Shown here: piece by piece, positions 41,359 through 51,535 of the stretch | Position numbering within the stretch: position 1 is the first letter of the stretch | Layout: each line of letters begins with the position of its first letter | DNA from: an uncultured delta proteobacterium | Lineage (GTDB): Bacteria; Myxococcota_A; Polyangia; Palsa-1104 | Assembly (NCBI GenBank): GCA_963785725.1 | Contig: CAWAWS010000014.1 | Span: 352,001 to 416,000 of the forward strand | Reading direction: 5' to 3' | Length of the DNA: 64,000 nt | Made by a program: the position numbers and the translations under genes | Notes under the pieces: generated by a model | Seen by the model: only the letters and a program-made list of their open reading frames with translations | What the model was told of the DNA's origin: nothing | Database searches by the model: none

Positions 41359-41413
41359 TTAGCGTTTGCGTCGGCCTACTCAGCCGGCGCGGAATGAGAC
41401 GAAGTGTTGCCGG

Positions 41414-41863
41414 CTAGTAGTCGTCGCCGCCGCCGCCGCCGCCGTAACCGCCGCCGCCGCCATAACCACCGCCGCCGCCGTAACCACCGCCGCCTCCGCC
41501 GCCACCGCGACCGCGACTGCCACCGCCGCCGCCGCCGCGATTGCCGCCGCCGCCGTAACCGCCGCCGCCGCCACCACCGCCGTAGCCGCCGCGACCGCCG
41601 CCGCCGCCACGTTGCGGCTCGCGCGCTTCATTGACGACGATCGTGCGTCCGCCCAGCGACTGGCCGTTGAGCTCGTTGATCGCCGATTGCGCCTGGTTGT
41701 CGTCCGCCATCTCGACGAAGGCGAAGCCGCGCGGCCGGCCCGTGTCGCGGTCGGTGACAATCTTCACCTGCCGGACCTCGCGACCTCCGCTCTCGAAAAA
41801 CTGCTTGATCGAATCATCGTCCACGTCGTATGGCAAGTTGCCAACATATAGCCTCGTACCCAT
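41414..41863 (-). CDS. RRM RNA-binding protein with Gly-rich tail
   Basis: RNP2 LYVGNL, RNP1 RGFAFVEM, VNEAR, GGGYGG tail. Confidence 0.95.
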   Translation of the reverse strand: MGTRLYVGNLPYDVDDDSIKQFFESGGREVRQVKIVTDRDTGRPRGFAFVEMADDNQAQSAINELNGQSLGGRTIVVNEAREPQRGGGGGRGGYGGGGGGGGYGGGGNRGGGGGGSRGRGGGGGGGGYGGGGGYGGGGGYGGGGGGDDY

Positions 41864-41955
41864 CGCGAACCCCTTTCCGATCCCAATCGAGTGACGAATC
41901 CTCACGGTCTGCACCGCCGTGCCGCCCATAGCGCAGACACACGGGATTCAGATCG

Positions 41956-41984
41956 ACGATACGGCTCAAGGTCAATAAAGTCAA
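41956..41984 (-). promoter_or_regulatory. Sigma-70-type promoter TTGACT-N17-TATCGT for the RRM gene
   Basis: Minus-strand match with 17-nt spacer; implies a leader of roughly 85 nt. Confidence 0.6.
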
Positions 41985-42155
41985 CGGCGCGCGTGGTCGA
42001 TCCGCGGCGCGCGCAGCGGGCAAAAGCGTCGCACCTTCGCCTACTTCGCTCGACGCAGCGCGTTTGCGCGGACGCTTTTGGCTTGCCGGACAATGGGCTA
42101 CGTCGTGTGCGCTTGGGCGATCGGGCGCCAGCAATGCTAGAGTAGCGGCGCGCTA

Positions 42156-44585
42156 ATGGACGTTCGCTGCGAGAAGTGCACGACAGTCTACGAGTTCGAC
42201 GACTCCAAGGTCGGCGACCAAGGGGTCACCGTCAAATGCACGCAATGCGGCAACCTGTTCAAGGTCAAGCGGCGCGAGGTCACGTCGGAGCTGCCGCTGG
42301 CGTCGATGGCGGCGCGCTCGGCCGCGTACGTGCCGCCGGCGCGTGAGCGGACGCCGACGCCGCCGCCGGTGCATCCGCGCACGACGACGCAGCCGCAGAT
42401 GCACGCGCGCACGCCGACGCCGCCACCGGTGCAGCCGGCAGCCCAGCCGCGCGCGCCGATGCAGCAGCCCGTGCAGCAGCCGCAGCAGCGGCCGGTCGCG
42501 ACCAATCCCGAGCGCACGACCGCGCCCGGCGTGCCGTCGCTGCACGCCGAGGTCGTGGCCGCGTCGCGCCCGAAGCCGCCGGCGCAGCCGACGGGCTGGA
42601 TGCTGCGCAAAGGCGACTCCGGCGACGTCTTTCGTTTTCGCGAGCTGACGACGCTGCAGCAGTGGATCGTCGAGCGCAAAGTCTCGCGCGACGACGAGAT
42701 CAGCCGCACCGGCGATCAGTGGAAGCGCCTCGGCGGCATCGCCGAGCTGGCGTCGTTCTTTCACGTCGTCGAGCAGGCGGAGGCGGTGGCGCGCGCCGAA
42801 GGGCCGCGCGCCGCGGCCGAGGCGGCGAACGCCGCCTACCATCGCAACCAAGACGATCCGGCGCTGGTGACGACGGCGCCGATGGAAGCGCCGAGGCCGA
42901 TTCCGCCGCCGAGCCAAGACTTCTCGGGGCCGACGTCGATGGGCGATCCCGTCGACATCGACGAGCCGGCGTTCACGCGCGGGCCGCAGCCGGGGCGGCG
43001 AACGAAGATGACGCCGCTGCCGCCGCTCGACGACGAGTCGACGGACACCGACTTCGAGACGCGGCCGAGGCGGCGCGGCGGATTGTGGGCCGGGCTGGCG
43101 GCGCTGGCGGCCATCGGCGGCGCCGGCGGTTACGTCGCGCTCTACAAGCAAGACGCCGTGCGCTCGCTGTTCGCCCATCCCGACGCGCGCGCCGACGAGG
43201 CCTATCGGCAGGGGCGCGAGTATTTCCTGCTCGACTCCGATGATGCGTTTCGCAATGCCGTGGCCGCGTTTCAGCGGGCCCGCGCCGTCGATCCCAAGGG
43301 CGCGCTGGCGTTGGCGGGCTTGGCGGAGGTCGACTCGACGTGGGCGCAGTATCTGCGCGACGAAGCCAAGGCGCTCGAGACCGGCGGCGCGTCGGTGCAA
43401 GCGGCGACGGCGGCGCGCACGCTCAAGCGCGAGGCGCAGGCGCACGTCGACGAAGCGTCGAAGCTGACCGCCGACGCGCTCGAGCTCGACTCGGACGCGC
43501 CCGAGGTCAATCGCGCCATGGCCGACTACCTGCGCGTCGACGGCGCGGCGGCGGCCGAGGTGCAGCGCTATCTGACGCGCGCGACGACGAAGAAGCCGAA
43601 CGATCCCGAGAGCGCGTATGTGGCGGGCGCGTTGGCGTTGCGCGATGGGCAGCTCGACGAAGCCAAGGCGAAGCTGACGCAAGCGAACCAGCTGAACCAG
43701 ACGGCGACGCAGCACACGCTCTTGCGCGCGTCGATGCTGCTGGCGCGCATCGATGTGTCGACGGGCGACAAGGCGGCGGCGCGCGCGGCGTTGCAGTCGG
43801 TGCTGCTGGCCAATGGGCAGCACGATCGGGCCAAGACGATGCTGGCGGCGCTCGACGGTGAGCCGGCGGTTGCCGGCGCGACGCCGCCGCCGGCGTCGAC
43901 ACCGCCGGCCGCTCCCGCAGCGAGCGGCGTCGCGGTCGCACCGACGGGCGCGACGGTCGCGCCGACGGCAGCGAATCCGGCGGCGACGACGGCCAAAGCG
44001 GACGTCGGCGGCGACGCGGGCGGCGGCGGCTACGACAAGCTCGTCGCGCAAGGCGATCGGCTGAGCGAGAACGGCCACGCTCGCGAAGCACGCAAGCTGT
44101 ACGAGAAGGCGCTGCAGCTGCAGCCGTCGGGATTGGCGGCGATTACCGGGCTCGGCTATTGCGATCTCGACGGCGAGAAGTTCTCGTCTGCGGTCGATCA
44201 CTTCAAGCACGCCTTGTCGCTGCAGGCGAGCTACGGCGAGGCGATCATCGGGCTCGCCGAAGCCTACAAACTGCGCGGCGATAAGCACGAGGCGGTCGGC
44301 TGGTACAAGCAGTACCTCGACAAGCTGCCCAACGGTCCGAAGGCGGCGATGGCGCGCAACAACGTGCGCGACTTGGAGCCGCGCGGGCCGGGCGCGCCGC
44401 CGGCGCCGGCCGAAGAGCTGCCGCATCTGCCGTCACAGGCGACGGCTGTGCCCGCGCCGCCGACCGTCACCGATACGCCCAAGCAGGACGCGCCCAAAGT
44501 CGAGCCCGTCAAGGCGGAAGAGCCGAAGGACGACAAGCCGGTCGCGTTGCCGAAGCTTCCCTCTGGCGACGAGCCGCCACCGTAG
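42156..44585 (+). CDS. MJ0042-type zinc-ribbon / GYF-like / TM / TPR protein
   Basis: MDVRCEKC...VKCTQC; FRELTTLQQWIVERKV...WKRLG; single TM; periplasmic TPRs. Confidence 0.85.
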   Translation: MDVRCEKCTTVYEFDDSKVGDQGVTVKCTQCGNLFKVKRREVTSELPLASMAARSAAYVPPARERTPTPPPVHPRTTTQPQMHARTPTPPPVQPAAQPRAPMQQPVQQPQQRPVATNPERTTAPGVPSLHAEVVAASRPKPPAQPTGWMLRKGDSGDVFRFRELTTLQQWIVERKVSRDDEISRTGDQWKRLGGIAELASFFHVVEQAEAVARAEGPRAAAEAANAAYHRNQDDPALVTTAPMEAPRPIPPPSQDFSGPTSMGDPVDIDEPAFTRGPQPGRRTKMTPLPPLDDESTDTDFETRPRRRGGLWAGLAALAAIGGAGGYVALYKQDAVRSLFAHPDARADEAYRQGREYFLLDSDDAFRNAVAAFQRARAVDPKGALALAGLAEVDSTWAQYLRDEAKALETGGASVQAATAARTLKREAQAHVDEASKLTADALELDSDAPEVNRAMADYLRVDGAAAAEVQRYLTRATTKKPNDPESAYVAGALALRDGQLDEAKAKLTQANQLNQTATQHTLLRASMLLARIDVSTGDKAAARAALQSVLLANGQHDRAKTMLAALDGEPAVAGATPPPASTPPAAPAASGVAVAPTGATVAPTAANPAATTAKADVGGDAGGGGYDKLVAQGDRLSENGHAREARKLYEKALQLQPSGLAAITGLGYCDLDGEKFSSAVDHFKHALSLQASYGEAIIGLAEAYKLRGDKHEAVGWYKQYLDKLPNGPKAAMARNNVRDLEPRGPGAPPAPAEELPHLPSQATAVPAPPTVTDTPKQDAPKVEPVKAEEPKDDKPVALPKLPSGDEPPP

Positions 44586-44598
44586 GTAAGGTTCACCC

Positions 44599-44910
44599 AT
44601 GTCCACCACCAAGAAGCCGTCGCACGAAGAGGAAGAGTATTTCGCCAAGGAAGACGCCGCTCGCCGTCACGTGCTGGCCGTCGAGCACAAGGCGAAGCTG
44701 CAAGCGGAAGAGGTCGAGGCGCTGAAGAAGGCGCACTGGATGCACTGCCCGAAGTGCGGCTTCACGTTGGAGCCGATCGAGTTCAAGGGCGTCACCATCG
44801 ACAAGTGCTTCCACTGCAACGGCACCTGGCTCGACGCCGGTGAGCTGGAGACGCTGGCGGGCAAGGAGTCCGACTTCTTGAACCGCGTCGTCGCCGTCTT
44901 CAAACGTTAG
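44599..44910 (+). CDS. zf-TFIIB-domain protein
   Basis: EEEYFAKE, MHCPKCG, IDKCFHCNGTWLDAGELE. Confidence 0.88.
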   Translation: MSTTKKPSHEEEEYFAKEDAARRHVLAVEHKAKLQAEEVEALKKAHWMHCPKCGFTLEPIEFKGVTIDKCFHCNGTWLDAGELETLAGKESDFLNRVVAVFKR

Positions 44911-44977
44911 TGTGATTACAGGTTCGCCGCGCCCCGGGCTGGCGCCGATCTAGTCAACTCTGATACCGTAGCCCCGA

Positions 44978-46609
44978 ATGGGGGAGCTCGAACCGCCGTC
45001 GCGGCCGAGCGCCGGATACGCCGCGACCATCCAACGGAGCGGCAAATCCGGCGACTCGGACCCGGCTTATTTGCCCGGCACGCTCTTGGCGGGGCGTTAT
45101 CGCGTCGTTCGGCTCCTCGGCGAAGGCGGCATGGGCAGCGTCTACGAGGCCGAGCATTTGGCGCTCGGGCGTCGCGTCGCCATCAAGGTCATGCGCCGCC
45201 GTTATGCCGACCAGAAGGCGATGGTCGAGCGCTTCGGCGTCGAGGCGCGCTCGGCGTCGAAGGTGGCGCATCCCAACGTCGTGCAGGTGTTCGACTATGG
45301 GACGACCGAGGCGGGCGAAGGGTTCCTCGTCATGGAGCTGCTCGCGGGCGCGCCCTTGTCGGACGTCGTCAAGAAGCAAGGGCCGCTCGAGCTCGGGCGC
45401 GTCATCAGCATCTTGGCCGAGGTGGCGACGGCGCTGCGGGCGGCGCATCAGTCGGGCATCATTCACCGCGATCTGAAGCCGGCCAACATCTTCCTCACGC
45501 GCCTGAACGCCGACGAGCGCGAGCGTGTACGCGTGCTCGATTTCGGCATGGCCAAGCTGATCGACCTCGGGTCGAACGGCGGCGAGGCGGCCGGCGATTC
45601 GCAGACGATGAACCGCGGCTTGACGGCGGCGGGCGAGATCTTGGGCACGCCCGAATACATGGCGCCCGAGCAGGCGATCGGCGGCGAAGTCGACGCGCGC
45701 ATCGACGTCTATGCGCTCGGCTGCGTCGCGTTCGAGATGTGGACGGGCAGTCCGCCGTTTACCGGATCGAACTACGTGACGGTGCTGGCGAAGCACATGG
45801 ACGAGCGCGCGCCGCGGCTGTCGGACACGCGCGATGCGCCGCCGGCGCTCGACCAGCTCATCGCGCGCACGCTGTCGAAGCTGCCCGACGAGCGGCCGGC
45901 CGACATGGGCGCGGTGCTGCAAGCGTTGGCGCGCGTCGCCGAGGACGAAGGCGTGCTGGCGTCAGCATCGCCGTCGCTGCCGTCGCTGGTGCCCCTGCCG
46001 TCGGCGGCGCCGTCGTCGGCGCGCATGGCGTCGGGCCGGCGCGGCATGCTCGGCTTGAAGCGGCGGACGCGCCGGCGGCTCATCAACGGCGCCGTCGTCG
46101 TCGGCTGCCTCGTCTTGGGCGCGCTCGTCGAGCGCCGCTTTGGCCCGCCGCCGCCGCCCGTCGGTCCGGGCACGCTCGTCATCGCGACCACCCCCGCCGG
46201 CGCGACGCTGAAGGTGGACGGCCAGGAGCTCGACGAACGCAGCCCGGCGGTGGCGCATTTGGCGCCGGGTGCGCACGACGTCGAAGCCGTGATGCCCCAT
46301 TATTTGTCGGCAAAACGCGCGCAGCTGACGGTCAAGCCGGCGTCGTCGCAGGTGGTGCGCATTCCGTTGGCGCGCGACGTCTACAAGCTCGACGTCTCGA
46401 GCGAGCCGGCGGGCGCGCAGATCTATCTCGACGGCTACGCCATGGGCACGACGCCGATGGCGCTGGAAGTCGATCCTTGGGATCAGCACACGTTGCGGCT
46501 GGAGCGCTTGGGTCGGCGCGCGTGGGAGAAGCTGTTGCCCGCGGGCCAAAGGCCGCAAGAGCTGCACGCCGAGCTGAAGAAACGCGAGGCGGGGGATGTG
46601 GACGAGTAG
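44978..46609 (+). CDS. Ser/Thr protein kinase with TM and two PEGA domains
   Basis: GEGGMGSVY, AIK, HRDLKPAN, DFGMAK, GTPEYMAPEQ; TTPAGATLKVDG and SEPAGAQIYLDG. Confidence 0.93.
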   Translation: MGELEPPSRPSAGYAATIQRSGKSGDSDPAYLPGTLLAGRYRVVRLLGEGGMGSVYEAEHLALGRRVAIKVMRRRYADQKAMVERFGVEARSASKVAHPNVVQVFDYGTTEAGEGFLVMELLAGAPLSDVVKKQGPLELGRVISILAEVATALRAAHQSGIIHRDLKPANIFLTRLNADERERVRVLDFGMAKLIDLGSNGGEAAGDSQTMNRGLTAAGEILGTPEYMAPEQAIGGEVDARIDVYALGCVAFEMWTGSPPFTGSNYVTVLAKHMDERAPRLSDTRDAPPALDQLIARTLSKLPDERPADMGAVLQALARVAEDEGVLASASPSLPSLVPLPSAAPSSARMASGRRGMLGLKRRTRRRLINGAVVVGCLVLGALVERRFGPPPPPVGPGTLVIATTPAGATLKVDGQELDERSPAVAHLAPGAHDVEAVMPHYLSAKRAQLTVKPASSQVVRIPLARDVYKLDVSSEPAGAQIYLDGYAMGTTPMALEVDPWDQHTLRLERLGRRAWEKLLPAGQRPQELHAELKKREAGDVDE

Positions 46610-47363
46610 GGTCGCGGTCGCGCTCTGTATCCTCAGTGGCGCCAGCATCTCCGTCGCGCGCGCCGATGATGCGCAGGCCAGCCAGCTCATCGAGCGCATG
46701 GATCGCGCCGTCAGCGGCACGGCCAACAAAGTGTGGATCTGCCGCCTGCGCAGCATCGCCGTCGACGGCGACGTGCGCGAAGGCAAGTTCCTCATGTTGC
46801 AGAGCGGCAGCGACAAGCGGCTGTTACGCTTTTTGCAGCCGGCCAACATGCGCAACACGGCGATGCTGACGATGGGCAAAGGCGAGCTCTACGTCTACTT
46901 GCCGGCCGACAAGCGCGTGCGCCGCCTCGGCACGAGCGCGCTGCATTCGACGTTCTTGGGCGCCGATTTTTACGCCGAGGATTTGGGCGCGGTGAAGCTG
47001 CGCGACGAATACGACGGCAAGATCTTGAGCCGCAGCGGCAACGAAGTGCGCCTCGAGCTTACGCCGAAGCATTCGTCGCAGTGGTCGCGCATCGTCGCCG
47101 TCGTCGGTGACCACGATCTCGTGCCGCGCATGGAGTTCTACGACGCCGCCGGCAAGCTGGCGCGCACGTGGAATCGCACGTACGAGCGGCAGAAGTCGCA
47201 GTACGAAGCGTGGGTGCCGACGCGCATGCTGATGGTCAACGAGCAGACCAAGCACGCCACCGAGCTCGTCGTCGAAGTGGCCGATTCCGATAAGGGCATT
47301 CCCGACGATCTGTTCTCGCTGCGCGCGTTGCAGCGCGGCGACGACCTGCATTACGCGCCGTAG
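46596..47363 (+). CDS. Outer-membrane lipoprotein-sorting protein (LolA-like)
   Basis: Signal peptide; RLLRFLQPA, YVYLPADKRVRRL, FLGADFYAEDL, IPDDLFS. Confidence 0.82.
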   Translation: MWTSRVAVALCILSGASISVARADDAQASQLIERMDRAVSGTANKVWICRLRSIAVDGDVREGKFLMLQSGSDKRLLRFLQPANMRNTAMLTMGKGELYVYLPADKRVRRLGTSALHSTFLGADFYAEDLGAVKLRDEYDGKILSRSGNEVRLELTPKHSSQWSRIVAVVGDHDLVPRMEFYDAAGKLARTWNRTYERQKSQYEAWVPTRMLMVNEQTKHATELVVEVADSDKGIPDDLFSLRALQRGDDLHYAP

Positions 47364-47744
47364 CTATGTCGCGTCGGGCCAGGAGTTGGCGCGCTTTTCC
47401 AGCGGACCGCGCTGCGGCTTGATGATGCAGAAGCGCTGGCCGGTCGGCGCTTCCATCACCCACCAGCGCTTCACGAACGCGATCTTCTTGGCGCCCAACG
47501 CTTCCAGCCGCGTCGCCTCGGCGTCCAAGTCGTCGGCCTCGATGTCGAGGTGCACGCGGCCTTCGTGCGCCACCTTTTGCACGAGCAGGATCGGCTCGTC
47601 GTCGTCGTGGGCGAGCTCGCGATAATTGGGATCGTCCTTGTCCAGGCGCGCCTCGCGGCCGAGCGCCGCCGACCAGAAGCGCGCGGCCGCGTCGAGGTCG
47701 CCCGGGCAATCGATGACGAAGCTGCTCAATCGGCTCTTGTGCAT
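47364..47744 (-). CDS. VOC/glyoxalase-family protein
   Basis: MHKSRLSSFVIDC, FWSAALG, RVHLDIE, WWVMEAPTGQRFC. Confidence 0.9.
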   Translation of the reverse strand: MHKSRLSSFVIDCPGDLDAAARFWSAALGREARLDKDDPNYRELAHDDDEPILLVQKVAHEGRVHLDIEADDLDAEATRLEALGAKKIAFVKRWWVMEAPTGQRFCIIKPQRGPLEKRANSWPDAT

Positions 47745-47771
47745 GCGGCACTTCCTAAGCACCGTCGAGTG

Positions 47772-47839
47772 AGATTCCGGGGGATGGTGGGCCCGATTTC
47801 GCTCGCCGCCCGCGACTAAGATTCCGGAGGATGGTGGGC
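47772..47839. repeat. Two 21-bp direct repeats (agattccggRggatggtgggc)
   Basis: Copies at 47772-47792 and 47819-47839 with one mismatch. Confidence 0.8.
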
Positions 47840-47912
47840 TCGGCGTAATTTCCCCCGACCGCCCTCCCCACTTATCGCCGTTCGCCGCGCAAAGTTGCGC
47901 GTCCCGGCGCCG

Positions 47913-48560
47913 CTACGCGGTCTTGAGCCCGATCGGGCAGCTGACGCCGGTGCCGCCGATGCCGCAATAGCCGTTGGGATTCTTCGCCAGATACTGCTGG
48001 TGATAGTCCTCGGCGTAATAGAACTCGGGCGCGGCGACGACCTCGGTCGTGATCTTGCCGAACCCCGAGCGCTCTAGCTCCTTTTGATACGCCGCCAGCG
48101 ACGCCTCGGCCGCCTGCTTCTGCGCGTCAGAGTGGTAGTAGATCGCGCTGCGGTATTGCGTGCCTTGATCGTTGCCTTGCTGCATGCCCTGCGTCGGGTC
48201 GTGCGACTCCCAGAACACGCGCAACAGCTGATCGTACGCGATCTTCTTGGGATCGTAGACGACGCGCACGACTTCGGCGTGACCGGTCAGGCCGCTGCAG
48301 ACTTCGCGGTAGGTCGGGTTGGGCGTGCTGCCGTTTTGGTAGCCGACGGCGGTCGTGTACACGCCCGGCTGCTGCCAGAGCTTGCGCTCGGCGCCCCAGA
48401 AGCAGCCGAGCGCGAAGTCGGCGACTTCGTAACCTTCGGGCCACGGCGGCGACAAGGGCGCGCCGTTGACGAAATGCGTCTTGGGGACGGGCATTTTGTC
48501 GGCGCGGCCGGGCAATGCTTCGGACGGGCTGGGAATGCGCAGCTTCGACGAAAGGGCCAT
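47913..48560 (-). CDS. msrA: Peptide methionine sulfoxide reductase A
   Basis: [43 protein letters not shown]. Confidence 0.97.
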   Translation of the reverse strand: MALSSKLRIPSPSEALPGRADKMPVPKTHFVNGAPLSPPWPEGYEVADFALGCFWGAERKLWQQPGVYTTAVGYQNGSTPNPTYREVCSGLTGHAEVVRVVYDPKKIAYDQLLRVFWESHDPTQGMQQGNDQGTQYRSAIYYHSDAQKQAAEASLAAYQKELERSGFGKITTEVVAAPEFYYAEDYHQQYLAKNPNGYCGIGGTGVSCPIGLKTA

Positions 48561-48582
48561 GGCGAAGAGCTTAAGTCTTCGG

Positions 48583-49245
48583 CTAAAGCGTCGCCAGCCA
48601 CTCTTTTAGCGACGGATAGGCGTAATCGGCGCCGGCTTCTTGGAGCGCGTCGAGCGTGTACCAGCCGGTGGCGACGGCGATGGCGGTGGCGCCCGCGGCG
48701 TGCGCGGCCGCGATGTCGCGCGGCGTGTCGCCGATGACGAAGATCTCCTCGCGCGCGAATTTCCGGCCGTCGCCGCGCTCGTGGCCGCGGGCGATGGCGA
48801 CGCGCACCAGCTCGGCGCGTTCGTGCGCGTCCGAGCCGTAGCCGCCGAAGCCGAAGCGGTGCCACAAGTCGCCGCGTTGCAGCTTGATGCGCGCGCCGCT
48901 CTCCAAATTGCCCGTCGCCAGGCCGATGATCGCGCGTCGCGACTCGAGGAGGTCGAGCGTCTCGTGCACCGCGGGCTTGACGTGATAAAGGCCGGCCGCG
49001 ATCTCGCGCTCCAAGTGCCGCACGTAGACTTCGAATACCTGTGTCATTTCCGCTTCGGTCGGCTCGCGTCCGTGATGATGGTTCACGACGCTCTGCAAGA
49101 TCAGCCGATCGGTCATGCCGTCGAGGCGGATGTGATCGAGCGCGCCCACGATGCCGAGCGCGTCGGCGCAGGCTTGGTCGAACGCGCGTCGGCCCGAGCC
49201 GTCGCCGCCGATGAGCGTGCCGTCGATGTCGAAGAGGTACATCAT
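48583..49245 (-). CDS. HAD-family hydrolase
   Basis: [24 protein letters not shown] overlaps the upstream stop. Confidence 0.92.
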   Translation of the reverse strand: MMYLFDIDGTLIGGDGSGRRAFDQACADALGIVGALDHIRLDGMTDRLILQSVVNHHHGREPTEAEMTQVFEVYVRHLEREIAAGLYHVKPAVHETLDLLESRRAIIGLATGNLESGARIKLQRGDLWHRFGFGGYGSDAHERAELVRVAIARGHERGDGRKFAREEIFVIGDTPRDIAAAHAAGATAIAVATGWYTLDALQEAGADYAYPSLKEWLATL

Positions 49246-50717
49246 GCGGCACGCGTGGCCAGCTCGCGGAGCAGCGCGATGAGCCCGGGCAGCGCGTCGT
49301 CGCCGGCGGCCAAGCTCTCGGCGCGATAACGCACGCCCCGCTGCGGCCACACGCCGATCCAGCCGCGACACGCGTCGTGCAAGCGGGCGCGCGTGGCGTC
49401 GTCGAGCAGCTGCGCGTTGAGGCCGCGGCGATCGCGGGTGGCGAAGGCGGCGTCGAACTTGGGCTCGCCGGTCTCGATGGCGGTGCCTTCGGCGCGCGGG
49501 CCGAGCTTGCCGGCGTCGCGGCGCTCGAGCGTGAACGGCGGATCGCGCGGCACCCGCTCACCGACGACGACGTCGACGAGCGTCACTTGCCCGGCGGCGC
49601 GCGTCAACGTCACGGCCACCGGCAGCGCCTCCGACGCCGGCGAATGCACGCGCGCCGTCTCGTAGCCGCTGTTGCCGGTCAGCGTCACTTGCGGCGCACC
49701 GACGGCAGCAGCGGCCCGGCGGACGAGGTTTTCGAACGCCTCGCGGGCCATCGGCGGCTCGGTCGGCCGCACCACCGACTCGAGCAGACACAGGAAGCCG
49801 AGACCGCTCAACGCCATTTGGAACGGCGCTTGGTAGTCGAGTCCGGCCAGACCGTAGAGCAGGAGGCCATAGCCGCGCAGCCGTTCGGGGCCCGTCGACG
49901 AAATCAGCGTCACGACCGTGTAGGCGAAGGCGCCGAACGCCAAGAGGTAGACCAAGATGGCCCACGACTGCATCGGCAGAGCGACACCGAAGCCGTAGGC
50001 GGCGACGCGGGCCGCGGTCTCCCAATCAGCGCGAATGAGCACGGCCGCGGCGCCGACGAGCGCGGCGGCGATGGCGATGCCGAGCCGCCGGCCGTGGCGG
50101 CGCGAGGCGAAGCAGGGCACGGCGATGACCGAGGCCGCCGCCAGCGTCGCTTGCGCCAGCGCTTCGAGCTCGAGCGGCGTCGAGGTCAGCTCGGGCACGG
50201 GCGTCAGCCGGCGGACGAGCCGAGCCGCGAAGTGCAGCGCCGGCGGCAGGAACAGCACGAACGCGCCCAGCCGAAGGCGCCAGGTCGTGCGCGCGGCGAT
50301 GAGCGTCATCGTCGCCAACAGGAACATGAAGGCGAAGCTGAGCTGCAGGTCGAAGTAGACGTCGGCGGGCAGCTCGGCCGCGGCGCCCAGCGACGCCATG
50401 ATGACGCAGACGAAGCCGATCATCGTGAACGAGACGCGGGCGCCGATGCGATAGAGCTTCGAGGCCGTGATGCGCGCCAGCGCCGAGCCGAGGATCATGA
50501 CCGACAAGATGGCGGTCAATTCGTAGACGAAGATGCGGCTGTCGATGAAGATGCGGCGGCCGAGCGTCCGCGTCATCAGCGGATCGATCTCGACGAGATG
50601 CCCGGCGATGCGGTTGATGAGGAGCTCGGCGCCTGCCACTACCGCCAGCAATGCGACGAGCGGAAAGCGCGCCCACGTCGCGGCGCGAGAATCGGATGCA
50701 GACACTGGAGAACTCAT
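49242..50717 (-). CDS. Hypothetical polytopic membrane protein with soluble C-terminal domain
   Basis: About 10 hydrophobic segments followed by a soluble region containing TGEPKFDAAF. Confidence 0.7.
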   Translation of the reverse strand: MSSPVSASDSRAATWARFPLVALLAVVAGAELLINRIAGHLVEIDPLMTRTLGRRIFIDSRIFVYELTAILSVMILGSALARITASKLYRIGARVSFTMIGFVCVIMASLGAAAELPADVYFDLQLSFAFMFLLATMTLIAARTTWRLRLGAFVLFLPPALHFAARLVRRLTPVPELTSTPLELEALAQATLAAASVIAVPCFASRRHGRRLGIAIAAALVGAAAVLIRADWETAARVAAYGFGVALPMQSWAILVYLLAFGAFAYTVVTLISSTGPERLRGYGLLLYGLAGLDYQAPFQMALSGLGFLCLLESVVRPTEPPMAREAFENLVRRAAAAVGAPQVTLTGNSGYETARVHSPASEALPVAVTLTRAAGQVTLVDVVVGERVPRDPPFTLERRDAGKLGPRAEGTAIETGEPKFDAAFATRDRRGLNAQLLDDATRARLHDACRGWIGVWPQRGVRYRAESLAAGDDALPGLIALLRELATRAA

Positions 50718-50773
50718 ATTAGCAGGGAAACTTGCGTGCAAGGATGTAGCCTCATATCCTACATATACCTACT

Positions 50774-51535
50774 ATGCGTCAACTGGTGGCATGGACAATC
50801 GTACTGATGCTGCTCGGGCTGGCCGGCAAGGCGCAAGCCGAGCGGCTCAAGGTCGTCATCGACGCGGGGCACGGCGGATCGAACACCGGCGCGCCGGCGC
50901 GCGCGGCCGGCTCGTACGAAAAGCGCGTGACCTTGGCGGTGGCACGGCGGCTGGCGGTCGATCTGAAGGCGCGCGGCTTCGACGTCGTCATGACGCGCAC
51001 GCGCGACGAATATCTGACCTTGCGCGAGCGGGTGCGGCGGGCGAACGCGGCCAAGCCCGACGTCTTCATCAGCTTGCACACCAACGCATCGGGCGCGAGC
51101 GCGCAGCACGGCATCGAGACGTGGGTGTTGGCGCGCGACGCCGCCGACGTCGAGGCCCGCCGAGCGGCGACGCGCGAGCCCGACGACGTGCAGGCGCTGC
51201 TGGCGGAGCTCAAGCTGCTCGAGGCCCATCGGCAATCGGGAATGCTGGCGCACGCGGTGCAATCGCAGCTGGTGGCGGCGACGGGCGCGCTCGATCGCGG
51301 CGTGCGTCAGTTCGGCTACGACGTGCTGGCAGGCGTAGAAGCGCCGGCGGTGCTGGTGGAGATGGGCTTCTTGGACCATCCCGTCGAAGGCGCGGCGCTG
51401 TTCACGACCTGGCGGCAGCAGCAGATCGCGACGGCGCTGGCGGCGGCCATCGAGGAGTTCGCCGATGCGCTGCACGGCACGCAAAAGCTGGTAATGTCCT
51501 CGGCCCATGCGACCCGACGGACGACGACCCGATGA
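50774..51535 (+). CDS. N-acetylmuramoyl-L-alanine amidase (Amidase_3)
   Basis: Signal peptide; [31 protein letters not shown]. Confidence 0.93.
   Translation: MRQLVAWTIVLMLLGLAGKAQAERLKVVIDAGHGGSNTGAPARAAGSYEKRVTLAVARRLAVDLKARGFDVVMTRTRDEYLTLRERVRRANAAKPDVFISLHTNASGASAQHGIETWVLARDAADVEARRAATREPDDVQALLAELKLLEAHRQSGMLAHAVQSQLVAATGALDRGVRQFGYDVLAGVEAPAVLVEMGFLDHPVEGAALFTTWRQQQIATALAAAIEEFADALHGTQKLVMSSAHATRRTTTR

Noticed and set aside
41414..41610. (ccg)n low-complexity tract as a repeat element
   Set aside because: It encodes the Gly-rich tail of the RRM protein, which is normal for this family.
802..44426. Many long Arg/Ala-rich ORFs (e.g. 802..2787, 831..2624, 12537..14714, 20507..22831, 24195..26030, 42153..44426)
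   Set aside because: Shadow or alternate-frame ORFs expected in high-GC DNA; they overlap well-supported genes and have no recognisable motifs.
47913..48560. Selenoprotein MsrA or other UGA read-through, given selA nearby
   Set aside because: The active site is ordinary Cys (GCFWG). I saw no in-frame UGA at a redox motif in the genes examined, though a SECIS scan was not run.
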